This document shows positions 14,440-27,432 of a stretch of 64,000 nucleotides of DNA, piece after piece. The DNA is from Schmidtea polychroa. Its lineage: Eukaryota. The stretch's first letter is position 1. Every line of letters begins with the position of its first letter. The position numbers were made by a program, and so were the translations under genes. The notes beneath the pieces were generated by a model. That model worked only from the letters and a program-made list of their open reading frames with translations, was not told the DNA's origin and ran no database searches. The stretch covers positions 30,134,001-30,198,000 of the forward strand of contig CM097885.1 in the NCBI GenBank assembly GCA_044892525.1. The letters run 5' to 3'.

Positions 14440-14510
14440 AGTAATTTTTAGGACTTGAATTTTGATTTTATATAATTATGAGATCATTATTCAAGTTCTT
14501 AAATATTACT
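14440..14510 (+). ncRNA. Candidate bantam-family pre-miRNA hairpin 1 (predicted 3p product 14479-14500)
   Basis: ~33-bp stem with G:U pairs and a small terminal loop; 3' arm TGAGATCATTATTCAAGTTCTT; lies in intron GTAAGT(14423)...TTTCAG(14565). Confidence 0.7.
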
Positions 14511-14682
14511 GTTAGTCATCATTTATAATTTATCATTTATAAATATATTAATAATTAAATTTCAGGTGTTTTTTTAGGAAATTTATGATATTTTATGCAT
14601 TAATATGGAATTATTTCGCTAAAATGTAAGTTAAATATTTTTATATTTATAAATAAATAAAGTAATCACCATACACATTTTA

Positions 14683-15269
14683 CGTTGCATAAAAATTGGC
14701 TTCGACAAAATCCAACAAATTATTTCCCTGTTCTTCTGAAATAATTTGTTTTCTGCCACTTCTTTTTCCTTTTGTAATTTCGGCATATTTCTTATATTTG
14801 TAAATTATTGAAATAATTGAATTTTTGGGGATTCCGAGCAATCTTCCAAATTCTTTATAATTGTCCCCATTTTCAAATGCATTAATAAGCCGAATTTTGT
14901 TTATTCCTGTAATTCTTTGAAAATATTAATTTGTTAAAATAATTTATTAAAATTTACGATTTGCGATTTTTTTCCTGCAAATTCGAAGTTGTCGAAGGAC
15001 CTTCTTCAATATTTGAAATGGTACCTTCATGCAAAGAAATATCTGTTATACTGTAAAATATTTTAATATTTTATATTTTAATGAATAAATCTTACATTGT
15101 CAGATCTTCAACTTCGCAAAAAGCCACTGTGTCCTGTGAAATATCTGTAAATCTAAAGAAATTTTATATTCCAAATTATTTTATAATTAAATCTTACGAT
15201 GTATCTTCTTTTTTTCCCTAAAGCTCAACGTAGAGCAGTCGGAGTCTGATTCAAAAGATTTTTGTACAT
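14683..15269 (-). pseudogene. Four-exon N-terminal fragment of a Tc1/IS630-type transposase
   Basis: GT-AG introns at 15197-15153, 15095-15051 and 14957-14915. The last exon reads ITGINKIRLINAFENGDNYKEFGRLLGIPKNSIISIIYKYKKYAEITKGKRSGRKQIISEEQGNNLLDFVEAN (HTH followed by a GRPR-like motif); the catalytic domain is deleted. Confidence 0.75.
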
Positions 15270-15765
15270 AATTTTTTAAATAATTTAAAAATATTGATAT
15301 GTTAATTATATGTTAATCAATCTTAATTTCGCATGAAAAACACTTTACTTAATTTTGTATGTATTTTTCATTATGTGTGCTGTGCTTGTATGATTAATTA
15401 TTTTCTCTCACTTTTTAGATTCCTATAATAAATATGTTAAATTTCGCGGCATTAAATTTCTACACACAGGTAAGTTTGTGTGTTCTTATAATATATATTT
15501 ATTGATTTTTTTTTAGATTATAGATAATGTTATATTTCGCGGTTAGGTGTATTTAGTCGAGAATTTCTTAACTATTGAGTTAAAAATATATTTGTATCTA
15601 GTTCTAGATTTCGAGGACGAAAATTATTTTTAATAGAGAGATATGTTGAGGTAATAGAATAATCAAATAAATTAATAGAAATAAAAATAAAAATTAAATT
15701 ATATTTATAATTAAATGAAGAAGAGATGTGAAAATTCGGTCAGGGATAGAATTGATAGAGTAAAG

Positions 15766-16270
15766 CAGTGATTCCAAAACATTTTTTGTTGGCGGAACCC
15801 CAACAGTTAAAAATGTCAAAAATTTGAATTTAAAATATAATTTTGTTTTAGTAGTTTTAATGAGCGGCATGACATTGACTTTCACAGCAAATATTTTCAA
15901 TTCTTGGTTCAATCGTTGACAAGCAGACACTCATTTATTGGTCAACCATCAGCAATCTTTCTCGATTTTTGGACTTGATTTCAGTCAGTGTTGAGAATCC
16001 TAGGTCACACAAATAAGAAGTTGCAAACATCAGGAAAATTTTCAGGGCTATCCAACACAATTCTGGATACGGACTGCGAAGGCTGATCCGAAATTCTGAA
16101 ATTTCAACTTGTCAAAAAGTAGTTTTTCGCAGCAAATCTTCTTTCAAATCAATCAACTGCTCTTCCTCTTTAATCGACAAATCTTTAGAAACACAATTTC
16201 CAAACGGATTCAAAATCCAATCATATTGTTCAACATCCAAAGATGGAAAATATTTTTTCATCGATTTTAT
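15766..16270 (-). mobile_element. 3' end of a Buster-type hAT element
   Basis: Terminus CAGTGATTCCAAAAC; minus-strand peptide FATSYLCDLGFSTLTEIKSKNRERL (hAT dimerisation region). Confidence 0.7.
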
Positions 16271-18129
16271 TACCCTAATTTACTTTAATTTACTTATTTT
16301 CAAATATTATCTTGTTTTCTCATAAGTCAATGAATTTTCTAAATATCAAAAATTCATGTACAAAAATCTTAGGACTTACTTTAGGGCTTAAAAATACTTA
16401 ATCTTTTAGGCAAGAGCTGGATTCTATGTAAAACAAATCCCAGAGACCTAAAATACTCAATCACCATAGTGTAATTAAAAAAAATACTATGTGGCCTTGG
16501 GACATAAAATACACCCTTGCTATAATTTGATTTTGAAAAATACCTTTTAGCACTCTGCACTCTGTGGCTCCCTGTAACACGACCATCCTGTATACCCCTA
16601 ACCACCCAAACCCGGATAAGAGTGCAGGGAGCTAAAATATACCTACTTTCGAAGTAGCATCACTGTAATTCATCCTTCAACTTCTGTAACACCTCATGCG
16701 TTTGCGACTTTAACTCCATGCTTTCAAATTTCAATGTAGAAATTTCATTCTGATCCTATTTCGTAAATCGACTATCAATCATGGAAGATAGATAAGAATT
16801 TTTTTGTTGACACCATGGCACAGCCTGTGTTTACTACATAAAGGTATAAATTAAAATATAATGTATATAAATAAAAAAGAAGCTTACCCCTGCGAACTTT
16901 TTAAAGTATGGTGTCTCCCCAATGTCAAAAACGTGAGTTTGTATCACTCGACAATATTCCCGAATGTCAAATAATTCAAGTATTTCAAAGCCTCAAAAAT
17001 AACATTTTTAATGATTTGTGAAGATACAATTCAATTAATAAAAAAAAATTATTTAAAGATTATGTGAATGTTTGGCTTTGTTTGATAAGGTTCCTTTTTA
17101 ATAAATTTCTATATTAAATGATTTTTCTGTGGAGATTTTGTTTGAATAATATCACCGAAAAGACTATTATTTTGAATTAATAAAATTTTCAACTACGGAT
17201 ACGATAAATACAAAAAGCTTTGTATGTAAACGTGATTAATCTTTTAATAATAATTTTATAACACGACTTAAATAACGACTAATAATTTTATAATAATTTA
17301 TACGACGCAGACCCGGGTCTTAGGGTATTGCGATTTGATTTAATAAACTCCAGGATTTTTTGATTATCAAATGAACTTTCTGTTTTTCACCAAACCATTT
17401 TCACTACTTTTTTATCTTTCTCGATAAATAAATAGAGATTTGTGTTACGTATTTTTAATAAAAAATGAATAATAATAACAATAATCCGAAAAAGATAAAA
17501 GATTATCTTTCTTTTGAATTCTCTAATGGATGTTATGAAATATTCACAGATTCCGGAATGTGTAAAAATATAAAATTTCCGTTTCTTGTAATTTCGGGAA
17601 ATCTGATATTCAAAAAATGAGAGTGATTTAGAGATAATTAATTTACATCAAAAATCTTAATAAAATAACAATAAGATATTTGCTTTCCAACTTCCATTCA
17701 ATTTGGATAAGTTTTAATTATTTGTAATATTTATGTTTTAGAGATTCACCATTCGATTGACATAGCGGTTTAACCGTATCAAAGATGATCAAACCATCAA
17801 AAAAGTATTAATCTTGAATTGCAAAACATCATTTTAATTTTCATATATCTAGATTTTGTGAACCGTACTTGTGTGCAGTTATTTATTTATCTTCCAACAG
17901 TAAATTTTTCATTTCGTCTATAGTGTAAGCCATTGTTTATTGTCTTGGATTTATTTATATTATTAATCTTTAAATTAATGTCCATTTAGCTATCTTCAAT
18001 TGCCCTCTGGTGTAGTAAAAAATCTGTAAATCTGTTTGCATGTAATAAAAACTTCTATAATACAAATCTATGAATGACTCATGATTTTTCATCAATTATT
18101 TTTATTCAATTTATACTAATAAACAAGAT

Positions 18130-18460
18130 GAGCAAAAGTTTACGATGGTATTGCCGTATTATGAAGGATATAAAGATTTCAAAAGAAAGATTGGTAAACA
18201 GCTGGGGACATTAAATTATAGAATTATTTCAAAATCGTGCAAAGCACGTAGTATGTTTGTCAGTAAATCTCAAACGCCGGTTGGATTGTGTTCAGATCTC
18301 GTTTATTAATTCACATCTAATGGGTGTAATGCCACATACATTGGAGAGACTTCCGTCATCTCTGTACTCGAGTTCAAGAACACTGTCCGACCGAAAGGAG
18401 TGCCCAATATTAAGGATCATAAAGTCTGTATGAGAGAATCAGGAATGTCTGATTTTGTTC
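18130..18460 (+). mobile_element. Penelope-like GIY-YIG endonuclease remnant
   Basis: VLPYYEGYKDFKRKIGKQ...SDLVY*FTSNGCNATYIGETS / HLCTRVQEH. Confidence 0.75.
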
Positions 18461-21307
18461 GATATGCTATCATAGGTCAAATTGTGTTTTGAACTTATGA
18501 TAATTTTTGTGTGCAAATCGGGTTGTGTGTGCCGAGTGAGTAATGGTATTTTGAATTCGGTTCTCGTTGGTGTGGTTTGCATTGCTCACAGTTTTTTGTG
18601 GTGGCTCGATTGATTAAATAATTTGTTTTTGAATATAATTTTTGTGATTCTTCTGGATTTATTGATTTGGAATTTAAATGAATGTTTCAGATTTTAAAAA
18701 AATGAATACAGAGAAGATAAAATCGATGAAGTGTGATATGATTTAATCATTGACTCGTTGAACGAAATTAATGTCAATCGAAATTCACCGAGAAAGAGAA
18801 TGAGAAGCAATCAACGTATACTTGATTCGAATTCCCAAAGAGTAGTTCAATTTAGTAACACAAATCTAAGAATTTGATGAATTTCGAAAGAACTTATAAA
18901 AATTTGCATTTAATAAATAAATATCAATTCATGTATGATGACTATGAATTTGGAATTAAAAGAATATCCCAGGAAATTCTTAAAATTTCTGAGAATTTTC
19001 ATTGAAGTTATAAGCAACAGGATCACACTGTTAGTTAAATCTAACAATATATTTATCGTTAATTTAGATATGTATACCAAATTCACGATATTATTTATAA
19101 AATAGAATTTGTCTGATTGTTGTATATATTGACATTGCCTAGAATATGAAAACACACTATTTAAATCTCAAGTTTTAGTTTTACAGTTTGCTGTAACAAT
19201 GATTTTTAAAAAAATCTTTTGAATATTTGAAAATAATAATTATGAATAAAAATAAGAATTTCAACAAACATTTATGGCATGCAGTCAAAAGCAAGTGAAT
19301 TATTAATCTCAATCCTTGGTTAAATAAATCCGAATATAATTAAACACGCTTATCTTCAACTTTCATTTAATTTATTTACAACTTAGCAAAAATAATTCAT
19401 CAGAATTTGACTCATATTGTATTTACATATAGTAGATTCAATTTGGAAATGGTGTATTATTCTCTGGAAACAGGTGTATTTATATATACCCGACTATACA
19501 AGTTCACACAATTAAATGAAACACCTCCAAATTTAATATGGACTCATCATTTGACTTGAGATATAATATATGCTTTGCTTTGATCTAAAATTTGCCAACC
19601 AGATAACCTTATTTATGAATGGTTATTCAGTAGATACTTAAAGAAGTAAAAAAGTGTAGAAAAGAACTGTTTACCTGGTTGAATTTGTATTATAAATTTC
19701 ATTTGTTTGGTATTAGCCACCAAATCTCTCCCACAGTAGTAGATCCAGATTTTAAATACTACAGGAACTAGAATTTTTAAATGCAAAAAGTAAAGAAAAA
19801 GTTAAACTGTCATTTATTTAAAGTAATTTAAGTGTAACACAAAACATACAGTTTCAAATTTTATATCTGTTTGAACTCTGAAAGGGGCCAACGACGGCTA
19901 CCCCAGTTAGTATACTTAAAAAAATCAAAATATGCTCATATTTATAATGTTTTTAATTTTTTGTTGTGGAAAGTGCATTACTGAAATTTCTTTGAAAATC
20001 AATTAATAATCTTTGCAAGTGTAGAATAAAATCCAATATAATTAATAGATTTCATCAAAACTTTATTGACAAATTTAATTTCCGCACTATTTAAATACAG
20101 AAAATTAGTAAATTTATAATTTTATGTTGAAAATAAAAATTAATGAATATAGGAAATATTCAATGAAAAAAAAATTACTTTTCTAATTGATAAGGCCTAT
20201 TAAAACAAAATATAATAATATATAATAATAAATATAAATAATAAATATATAAATATTTATAATAAATATTTCATGAAATATATTTTTTAATGGAAATTAT
20301 TTTTATTTTTTAAAATATTTTTTAATTTCAATTGTATAAAATATAATTTTGAGATGTTGATATTGTTGAATTACAAATATAAACGTTTTATATCAGGGTA
20401 AATTGGTATTAAACAATACTGAAAAAACTGTACTTTTAGGTTTTTATATTATGCTAATATTGTCACTTTAAACCATAGTGTACTATTTTAAAATGAAGAG
20501 TCAATCAGTCGATACATTTTTCTTTTTTACATTGAGATAGATTGTTGACAACATCTTTGACGTTTATGGTTTTTAAAGAACTGACGATGCTTTTGCCATT
20601 GTTTTAAACATTATAGAGTAGACATTTTGTACTGAGCTAAGAATTTGTATGACACTGTGATCTATTGGTTCTAACAAAGGAGTTAAGTTTGATGGAAAGG
20701 ACATAACTTAGATTGTTTGTATTTTTTGGACAGCTCAAACAATTATCTAAAAAACAAAAAAACTTTCTGTAACGTTTTTTCTTGTCGAAAAAATATTTTA
20801 ATTGAGAAATTCTTTAGTCATGCAAGTCCGGTTATGGTTTTTCTACTATAACGGAAGATTTTTGATATTTTTACCCACTTTTTCAATTTTAGACCTGTCT
20901 TTCAATAAAAACTGAAGCTAATGTCTTTCAGGTGCAGGGCATTAATATTGTGGACTGATTGAGATTCTGACTGAGACATGGGAGAAGAAATCTCGACAGT
21001 TTATTGAGAGTTAGAATCAACTGGAAATTAATAAATACCAAACTATGATAAAAATAAATCATAATAATTAATGATTATGTAAAAATAACTATAGAAACAA
21101 AGATTACAGCGATGAAAGTTTGACTGTGAAAATAAAGAAGTGAATAAAGAAGAAAACATACTCCGAAATATCTTTCAAAAATTAAACCACGAAGGAATTC
21201 AACTATTTTTGACAGTGATCAACATTGCAATCACGCAGAAATTCAACAAACGGTTTTCCGATATTGAACACTATAAACAATATTGGGTACTTGTCCAGTA
21301 TCACCCC

Positions 21308-21419
<112 letters not shown>

Positions 21420-21622
21420 AAAATTTTATTAGAAACTGCTAACACATTTTCTAAATTATTTTTTTAAATCCGGTTCAAAAGTTAACGTCAAAATTAATTT
21501 AATTTATTTATTTAATGAAATATTGTATAATTTTCAAACAAATTTTCAGCGTTGAATAAAATATTTTCAAAACCATTTATTAAAATTTCGATATTTAAAA
21601 TATACGTTTTTAAAAATTATTA

Positions 21623-21839
21623 CAGTATATTTTCGCGTATAAGTCGAGTAAATTTTAAGAGGTTTTTAAGTCTTAAATTGGAAACCCGCGTATAAGTCGA
21701 AGTAACAAAAATAAAATAAGGTTTAATGATTTCATTAAAAATTAATTTGTACGTTTTTTAACCCGCGTATAAGTCGAAGTGACTATTTTGACTTGAAAAT
21801 TTGACGTAAATTTCTCGACTTATACACGAGTATATACGG
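21623..21839. mobile_element. pogo/Tigger-type MITE
   Basis: TIRs CAGTATATTTTCGCGTATAAGTCGAG / CTCGACTTATACACGAGTATATACGG; TA flanks; two further internal CGCGTATAAGTCGA copies. Confidence 0.85.
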
Positions 21840-23827
21840 TAACTAATAAAAATTCTTTAATAAAGCTTGTTTAATTTTTCAATTTAAAAATTTCAATTAA
21901 AAATATCAATTTAAAAATTATTTTACAAGTTATTTTAATAGTCAATTATTTATAATTTAAAATGATCTTGATAAATCATTGAAATATTCAATTCTCAGCT
22001 GAAAACATCTCACAATTTTAATTATCAGTATTTTATAATATGGATAATATTGAAGAAAAATTTAAAAAAGAGAGCAAAAGAATGACTAAATTCTATCAAT
22101 GTTTTAATTGGCTCCACTCGTATTCCTGGATATCAAATCAACGAACTCGAAACTATATTTATATTTATTGATACGAAATTTACACCACAAAATATTACAT
22201 TGAGCTCAAGATTGTCAATTAACTTGAAGGAAAAGACTGATCAGGTCACGGAAATAAATCGAAATTTTTTATTTACTTTAAATTTTGTCCAAAAACAATT
22301 CGATACGTACTTTTAATTACTTTTGATCTTCAATATGTGTTTTCTTTACTTTAACGTTTTTAGGATCTTTAGTTTCTAACTTTTATAGTTTGTGTTATTT
22401 TAGTATTTTATTTCTTTTAGGTTTGTTATTTTATACAAATGCCATCCCCCTTTCATTAAAAAATTACACAAAATTAGCAGTAATTTAAATTTATTTTATC
22501 AAATTTATTTATTAATTTTTTTAGGTTAATTTGGAATTCCGAATAATACCAAAGCGAATAAATTGTCAATTTTTATTCTTGTCGATAATCATTTCTTCTT
22601 TTTCAGTGCAACGATATCGGGTACATAGGCATTCTTTGTATCGTATGGTCAAAGTGCTATAAAAAACAAAATTTTATGATATTTTTATTTTACAAAGTCT
22701 TTGACTGTAAATTAAAAAAAATGTTATTGATACGAAAACTGAAAAATATGCGGTGTGCCCAAACGTTTTACGGCGTACTCGTCTCATGATTCGTCACAAG
22801 ATTCCTTACTCTAGAAATGTGTGCAAATCGACGGAAAGCATATTCTCACACCTTTCCAATTATCCAACATTTGGAACTAGATTTTTACAGAATCTTAAGT
22901 TGGTCTTTAAGTTTTAATGTTCCTGAATCGTTGGAATAACGAATACCTGAAGAAAGAAAAGTTTAGAAAGTCTGTTCTAAAACCGCACATCCATGTTAGG
23001 TCGTGTTAACTGTGTTTTAGAGTTACAATGTAGTGAAGCTCATTAAGAAAATTTGCAGATTGGCTCGAAAACCTCGAGGATTTCACGACATTGCACTACA
23101 AGAGCCCAAACAAATCGTCCATATGATTTTCATTATTAGCTTGATATAAAAACAATTGGATTCATTTGTAAAATACACATTATTATAATTATTGTTGATA
23201 AATAAAATATATGAAATAAATTTTTAATAAAATTGAAAAATTTGATTATCATTTAAAACAAAGAATATTTGTTGACTAAAAGTGTTTATTACCAGGAAAA
23301 CAAAATGACATAAAATAAATAAAATCTGAAAAGTGTTAAACGGAAGTTAGCTAAAATTTTGAACAAATTTTATTTCTATTAGCTTTTATTTCAAAAGAAG
23401 AAAAAGAAATTTAAATATTTCAATTATTGAAAAAACATCATAAAAATCTTCAAAGAAAATCAACATTTTAATCCGGTTTTAAAAATTTGAAAATATTCAA
23501 TTGAAGTATCCAATTAGTTCACTCCAGTAAAACATTCATCTAATTCATCCTCGAAAATAGAGATGAAATTGTAAGAATAAGTTCAAATTTCAAATTTTCA
23601 TTCATAAATTATTTATGAAATGGTTTAATTAGCTTGAAATATAATACTTCTTTTTTCGGAATAAATTTGAGATGATTTTCGTGATTTTAATTTTATCTCT
23701 TTCATTTTATTTTTGGTCGAAATAAAATTTACATTAATAAAAATTTAATATGTTATAACATCTAAATTTCTAACTATGTATATTTTATTTTTTGAAATAT
23801 GAAGTTAAATTAACCAATTTCTAATAA

Positions 23828-24189
<362 letters not shown>

Positions 24190-25149
24190 ATGGCTGAAAC
24201 TGAAATTAATTCGAAAATGCTGAAAAATTATACATTAGTACCGACCTCAGAACCTAAGCAAATAAAGAAAGAATAACAGTAGGTTTATGTTCCAATTTCT
24301 GTTTTTATTTCCCGATATATATGTATCAACTATATCATTTAACTTTAGCTATTAGAATATTCAATTTTCAATTTCGACGTCCTAGAAATATTGTGTAAAA
24401 ATAAAAATATGTATTGAAAAATTAAAACAAACACAGAAATGGTTGAATGATTCTGATTTCACTCTGTTTATGCATCAGCAATTCACTTTTCTAGAGTTTA
24501 AATAAACTGTCATTTCCTTATAAAGTATGAATTTTATTAAATATTTTAAACTTTAATAAAATTTAAAAAATTTAATAGTGTTCATTTTGATTAATGACAA
24601 AATTGATAAATTGTTTGGTATATTAGGAATTTTTATTTTGTGAAAGTAATCAGATAGAATTAGTATTTAATTTCCAGTTTTAAATAGATTTAAATAATAT
24701 AATAGAAGTAGATAATAAAATTATAAATTAAAATAATAAATTAAATATGAATATCGAAGTTAATAATTGGTTTAACCAGAAATATATTTAAGAATGATTG
24801 AAAATTAAAATATAAAATAGTTATTGAATGCTTGTGTGCGAATATTCTCTATTCAATTATTAACTCATGCGTGCGAAAATATCCTCAAAGTTAAAACAGA
24901 CATTGTTTAAATAAGAGAGATTTTGTGTTGTGTTTAACAATATAGTTTTGTTTAGTTTTGAAATATTATGGATGTTATTAATTCAATAAATCAAATATCT
25001 AATATATTTATCAATGAAAATAGAAGGGAAAATCTAGACTTTGGGAAATCAATTATCTACACTAAATATTGACAGTCCATCTTATGGTGCACACTATGCC
25101 TTAAAAAGAGCACCTGTTAGTTATTTTATTACATCAAAGAAAATATACA

Positions 25150-26260
25150 CGATGTGCCCGAACTACTCCATAAAAATAATGGCAGCGTTGAAGAATAAAT
25201 TTTCAATTTATTTGTCAAATCATGCGACATCCTGTCGAGTATCGAAGTGTGATTAAATTATTTGTTTTGCGTGGTGATAATAATCCTCAAATATGGAACC
25301 AGTTGCAGATAACTTACGAGAATATATTTTCCTCTCGTGCTACAATTTAAGATTGAATTTAATTATTAAAACATGGTCGCCAGTCAGTGTTTAATGAGGA
25401 GAAAGCTTTTCGTCCTTGTAAAATGTATGCAAATTGTGAAATTGAAAAACGCTAAATCATATCAAATATATCGGAAAGCAGTTTGATGTAAGTATCGAGC
25501 TCATCTCATGTTTACTTTCCTCTGAGATGTGTTAAAACCGGAAAGAACACTGCCAGACAAATCATCTTATTTTTGATGAATATGGTGACTGATTTCTCAG
25601 AAATACCATTACTGTGGATAAATTCTTTTAATCCTGTATGTTTCTGAGGCAAAACGCGAGTTCAGTGAATGGAATTTCCATAAAAACGAGTTCCATGAAA
25701 ATGCGATCTGTAAAATGTCATCGAAAATCATTGAGGTTAAAGGTTATTTTGGATTAAAGTGGCATAATCTGTACGGATTTCGCTGAAAAGGTCTGTGAAT
25801 ATATGACATTTACTACAACAACCTCGTGGAGACATGCAGATGTGATCGTCGAAAGACACATGGTCTACCTCTATGGCTACTCCAAGACAACACCAAAATC
25901 CATAAAAGTCTGGAAACAATAGCGGTGATTGAGAAAAATGGATTTTCCGTTAGATCACCATCCATACAGTTTGGATTTTGCGACCAGTGAGTTTTATCTA
26001 TTCAGGTATATGAAGAAACATTAGCAAGAGTAATTCTACCAAATAATACAGATTTGCAAAATGTTGTGAAATATTTTTTAAAAATCAAAGCCAAATTTTC
26101 TTCAAAAATACCTTTGTGGAAATGTTGCATCGCTTAAGAACGTGGGACTTATTTTGAAAGATAAAGTCCACATACCCTGGTTGTTCTTATGTTAAAATAT
26201 AACGTCCTAATTGGTTTATTTTAGAATCTAGTCCGGGTACTTATTGGACTCACCACATAT
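25150..26260 (+). mobile_element. Decayed mariner element
   Basis: HHPYSLDFATSEFYLFRYMKKH (~25955-26020) corresponds to the mariner HPPYSPDLAPSDFYLF motif; many stops and frameshifts; ends approximate. Confidence 0.7.
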
Positions 26261-26341
26261 TTTCAGTCAATTGAGTACTTGGCCGTTTATTATTTATTAA
26301 GTTATGATTAAGCGTTTTTTATGTATAATAATTATTTATTG

Positions 26342-26472
26342 ACTATGAATCAATAAAGATATCGATGTTTTTTTGTTATTCACGAATTTTCGGCACTGTC
26401 TTTCACTTGAAAAACGCTGTGTCAAAAATTCGGGAATAACAAAAAACATCGATATCTTTATTGATCCATAGT
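26342..26472. repeat. Long palindrome (~55-bp arms, ~21-bp spacer), MITE-like
   Basis: ACTATGAATCAATAAAGATATCGATGTTTTT...GAATTTT versus AAAATTC...AAAAACATCGATATCTTTATTGATCCATAGT. Confidence 0.85.
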
Positions 26473-26562
26473 AAAAAAAATTTTTATTGTCAGTTGAAAA
26501 GAAATCAGAGATGAAAATTGAAAAAAGTTCTAAAAATAGTATAATATTTAAAAAAAATATAA

Positions 26563-26688
<126 letters not shown>

Positions 26689-27432
26689 TAGGTGTCCCAA
26701 TAACTAATATCTATTATAATATATTATATTATAAAAATTTTACCTAAAATGCTTCATATTCGATAATTACTTGTAATATCATTGTTAGTATAATGAGCAT
26801 AGCAAAACTAATAGAAAAAGTAAAAAAGAAATCAAAGTCGCCCTTTAGCTTTGTCAATAAAAATTATTTGATTTTGTATATTGTTTATTGAACTCATATA
26901 AAAATGTAGGTTGATATTTTCAAAAAATAAATTCAATTATGACCCCTTGATAAAACGGTTTGGCATCACTGATTTAGTGATATATAGTAAAACAAAAAAT
27001 GATGTATTAACTAGTGCTATTAAATAATTTTAATAATCTCAAACAACTCTTTGCTGGTTGAATATCTTATTATATGTAATAATTGTCAATGCCTCACAGT
27101 CGTTTTTTCCAAAATTTATCAAAGTTATTATATACAAATTGAAATTTATTTAAATTGGTTCCCCTTTAACAATTGTTCAAATTAAATCAAGCCCATCAAC
27201 CGTTAGAATTATCAATTATCTATTTGACCATAGAAAAATCTGTTGAAAATTCAAGTTAAATATAAAACAAAATATTGATTTATTGCTTAAAAAATAAATA
27301 CACAAATATTAAAAATACAAATCGATTGAAGTTGAAAAAGATAAAATACTGGAGATCAAAATAATTAATATAATTTAATTAAACTTAATAAAAATAAAGG
27401 AAAATTTATTAAAACAAACATTGAAAAAACAA

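Larger units (their letters stand above)
14294..15549 (-). mobile_element. CACC-ended Tc1/IS630-like transposon, internally deleted (copy A1; strand = transposase)
   Basis: TIRs CACCTAACCGCGAAA / TTTCGCGGTTAGGTG; TA on both sides; spliced transposase N-terminus on the minus strand; homologous to 34846, 43046 and 51415. Confidence 0.9.

Noticed and set aside
14440..14510. Intronic snoRNA interpretation of the conserved hairpin
   Set aside because: No C/D boxes or H/ACA double-hairpin layout; a single long stem with a conserved 3' arm fits a pre-miRNA better.
9052..14510. Functional link between anti-apoptotic DAD1 and the nearby bantam-like hairpin
   Set aside because: The hairpin travels with a dispersed transposon, so proximity is probably coincidental.
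14288..15555. Apparent 6-bp TSD TATTTA, or CACTA/Transib assignment, for the CACC family
   Set aside because: Other copies and the empty site at 36121 show only a TA duplication, and the encoded HTH is Tc1/IS630-like.
27352..27358. bantam seed match TGATCTC downstream of RING copy 1
   Set aside because: It lies beyond the first AATAAA, is absent from the other copies, and a single 7-mer is expected by chance.
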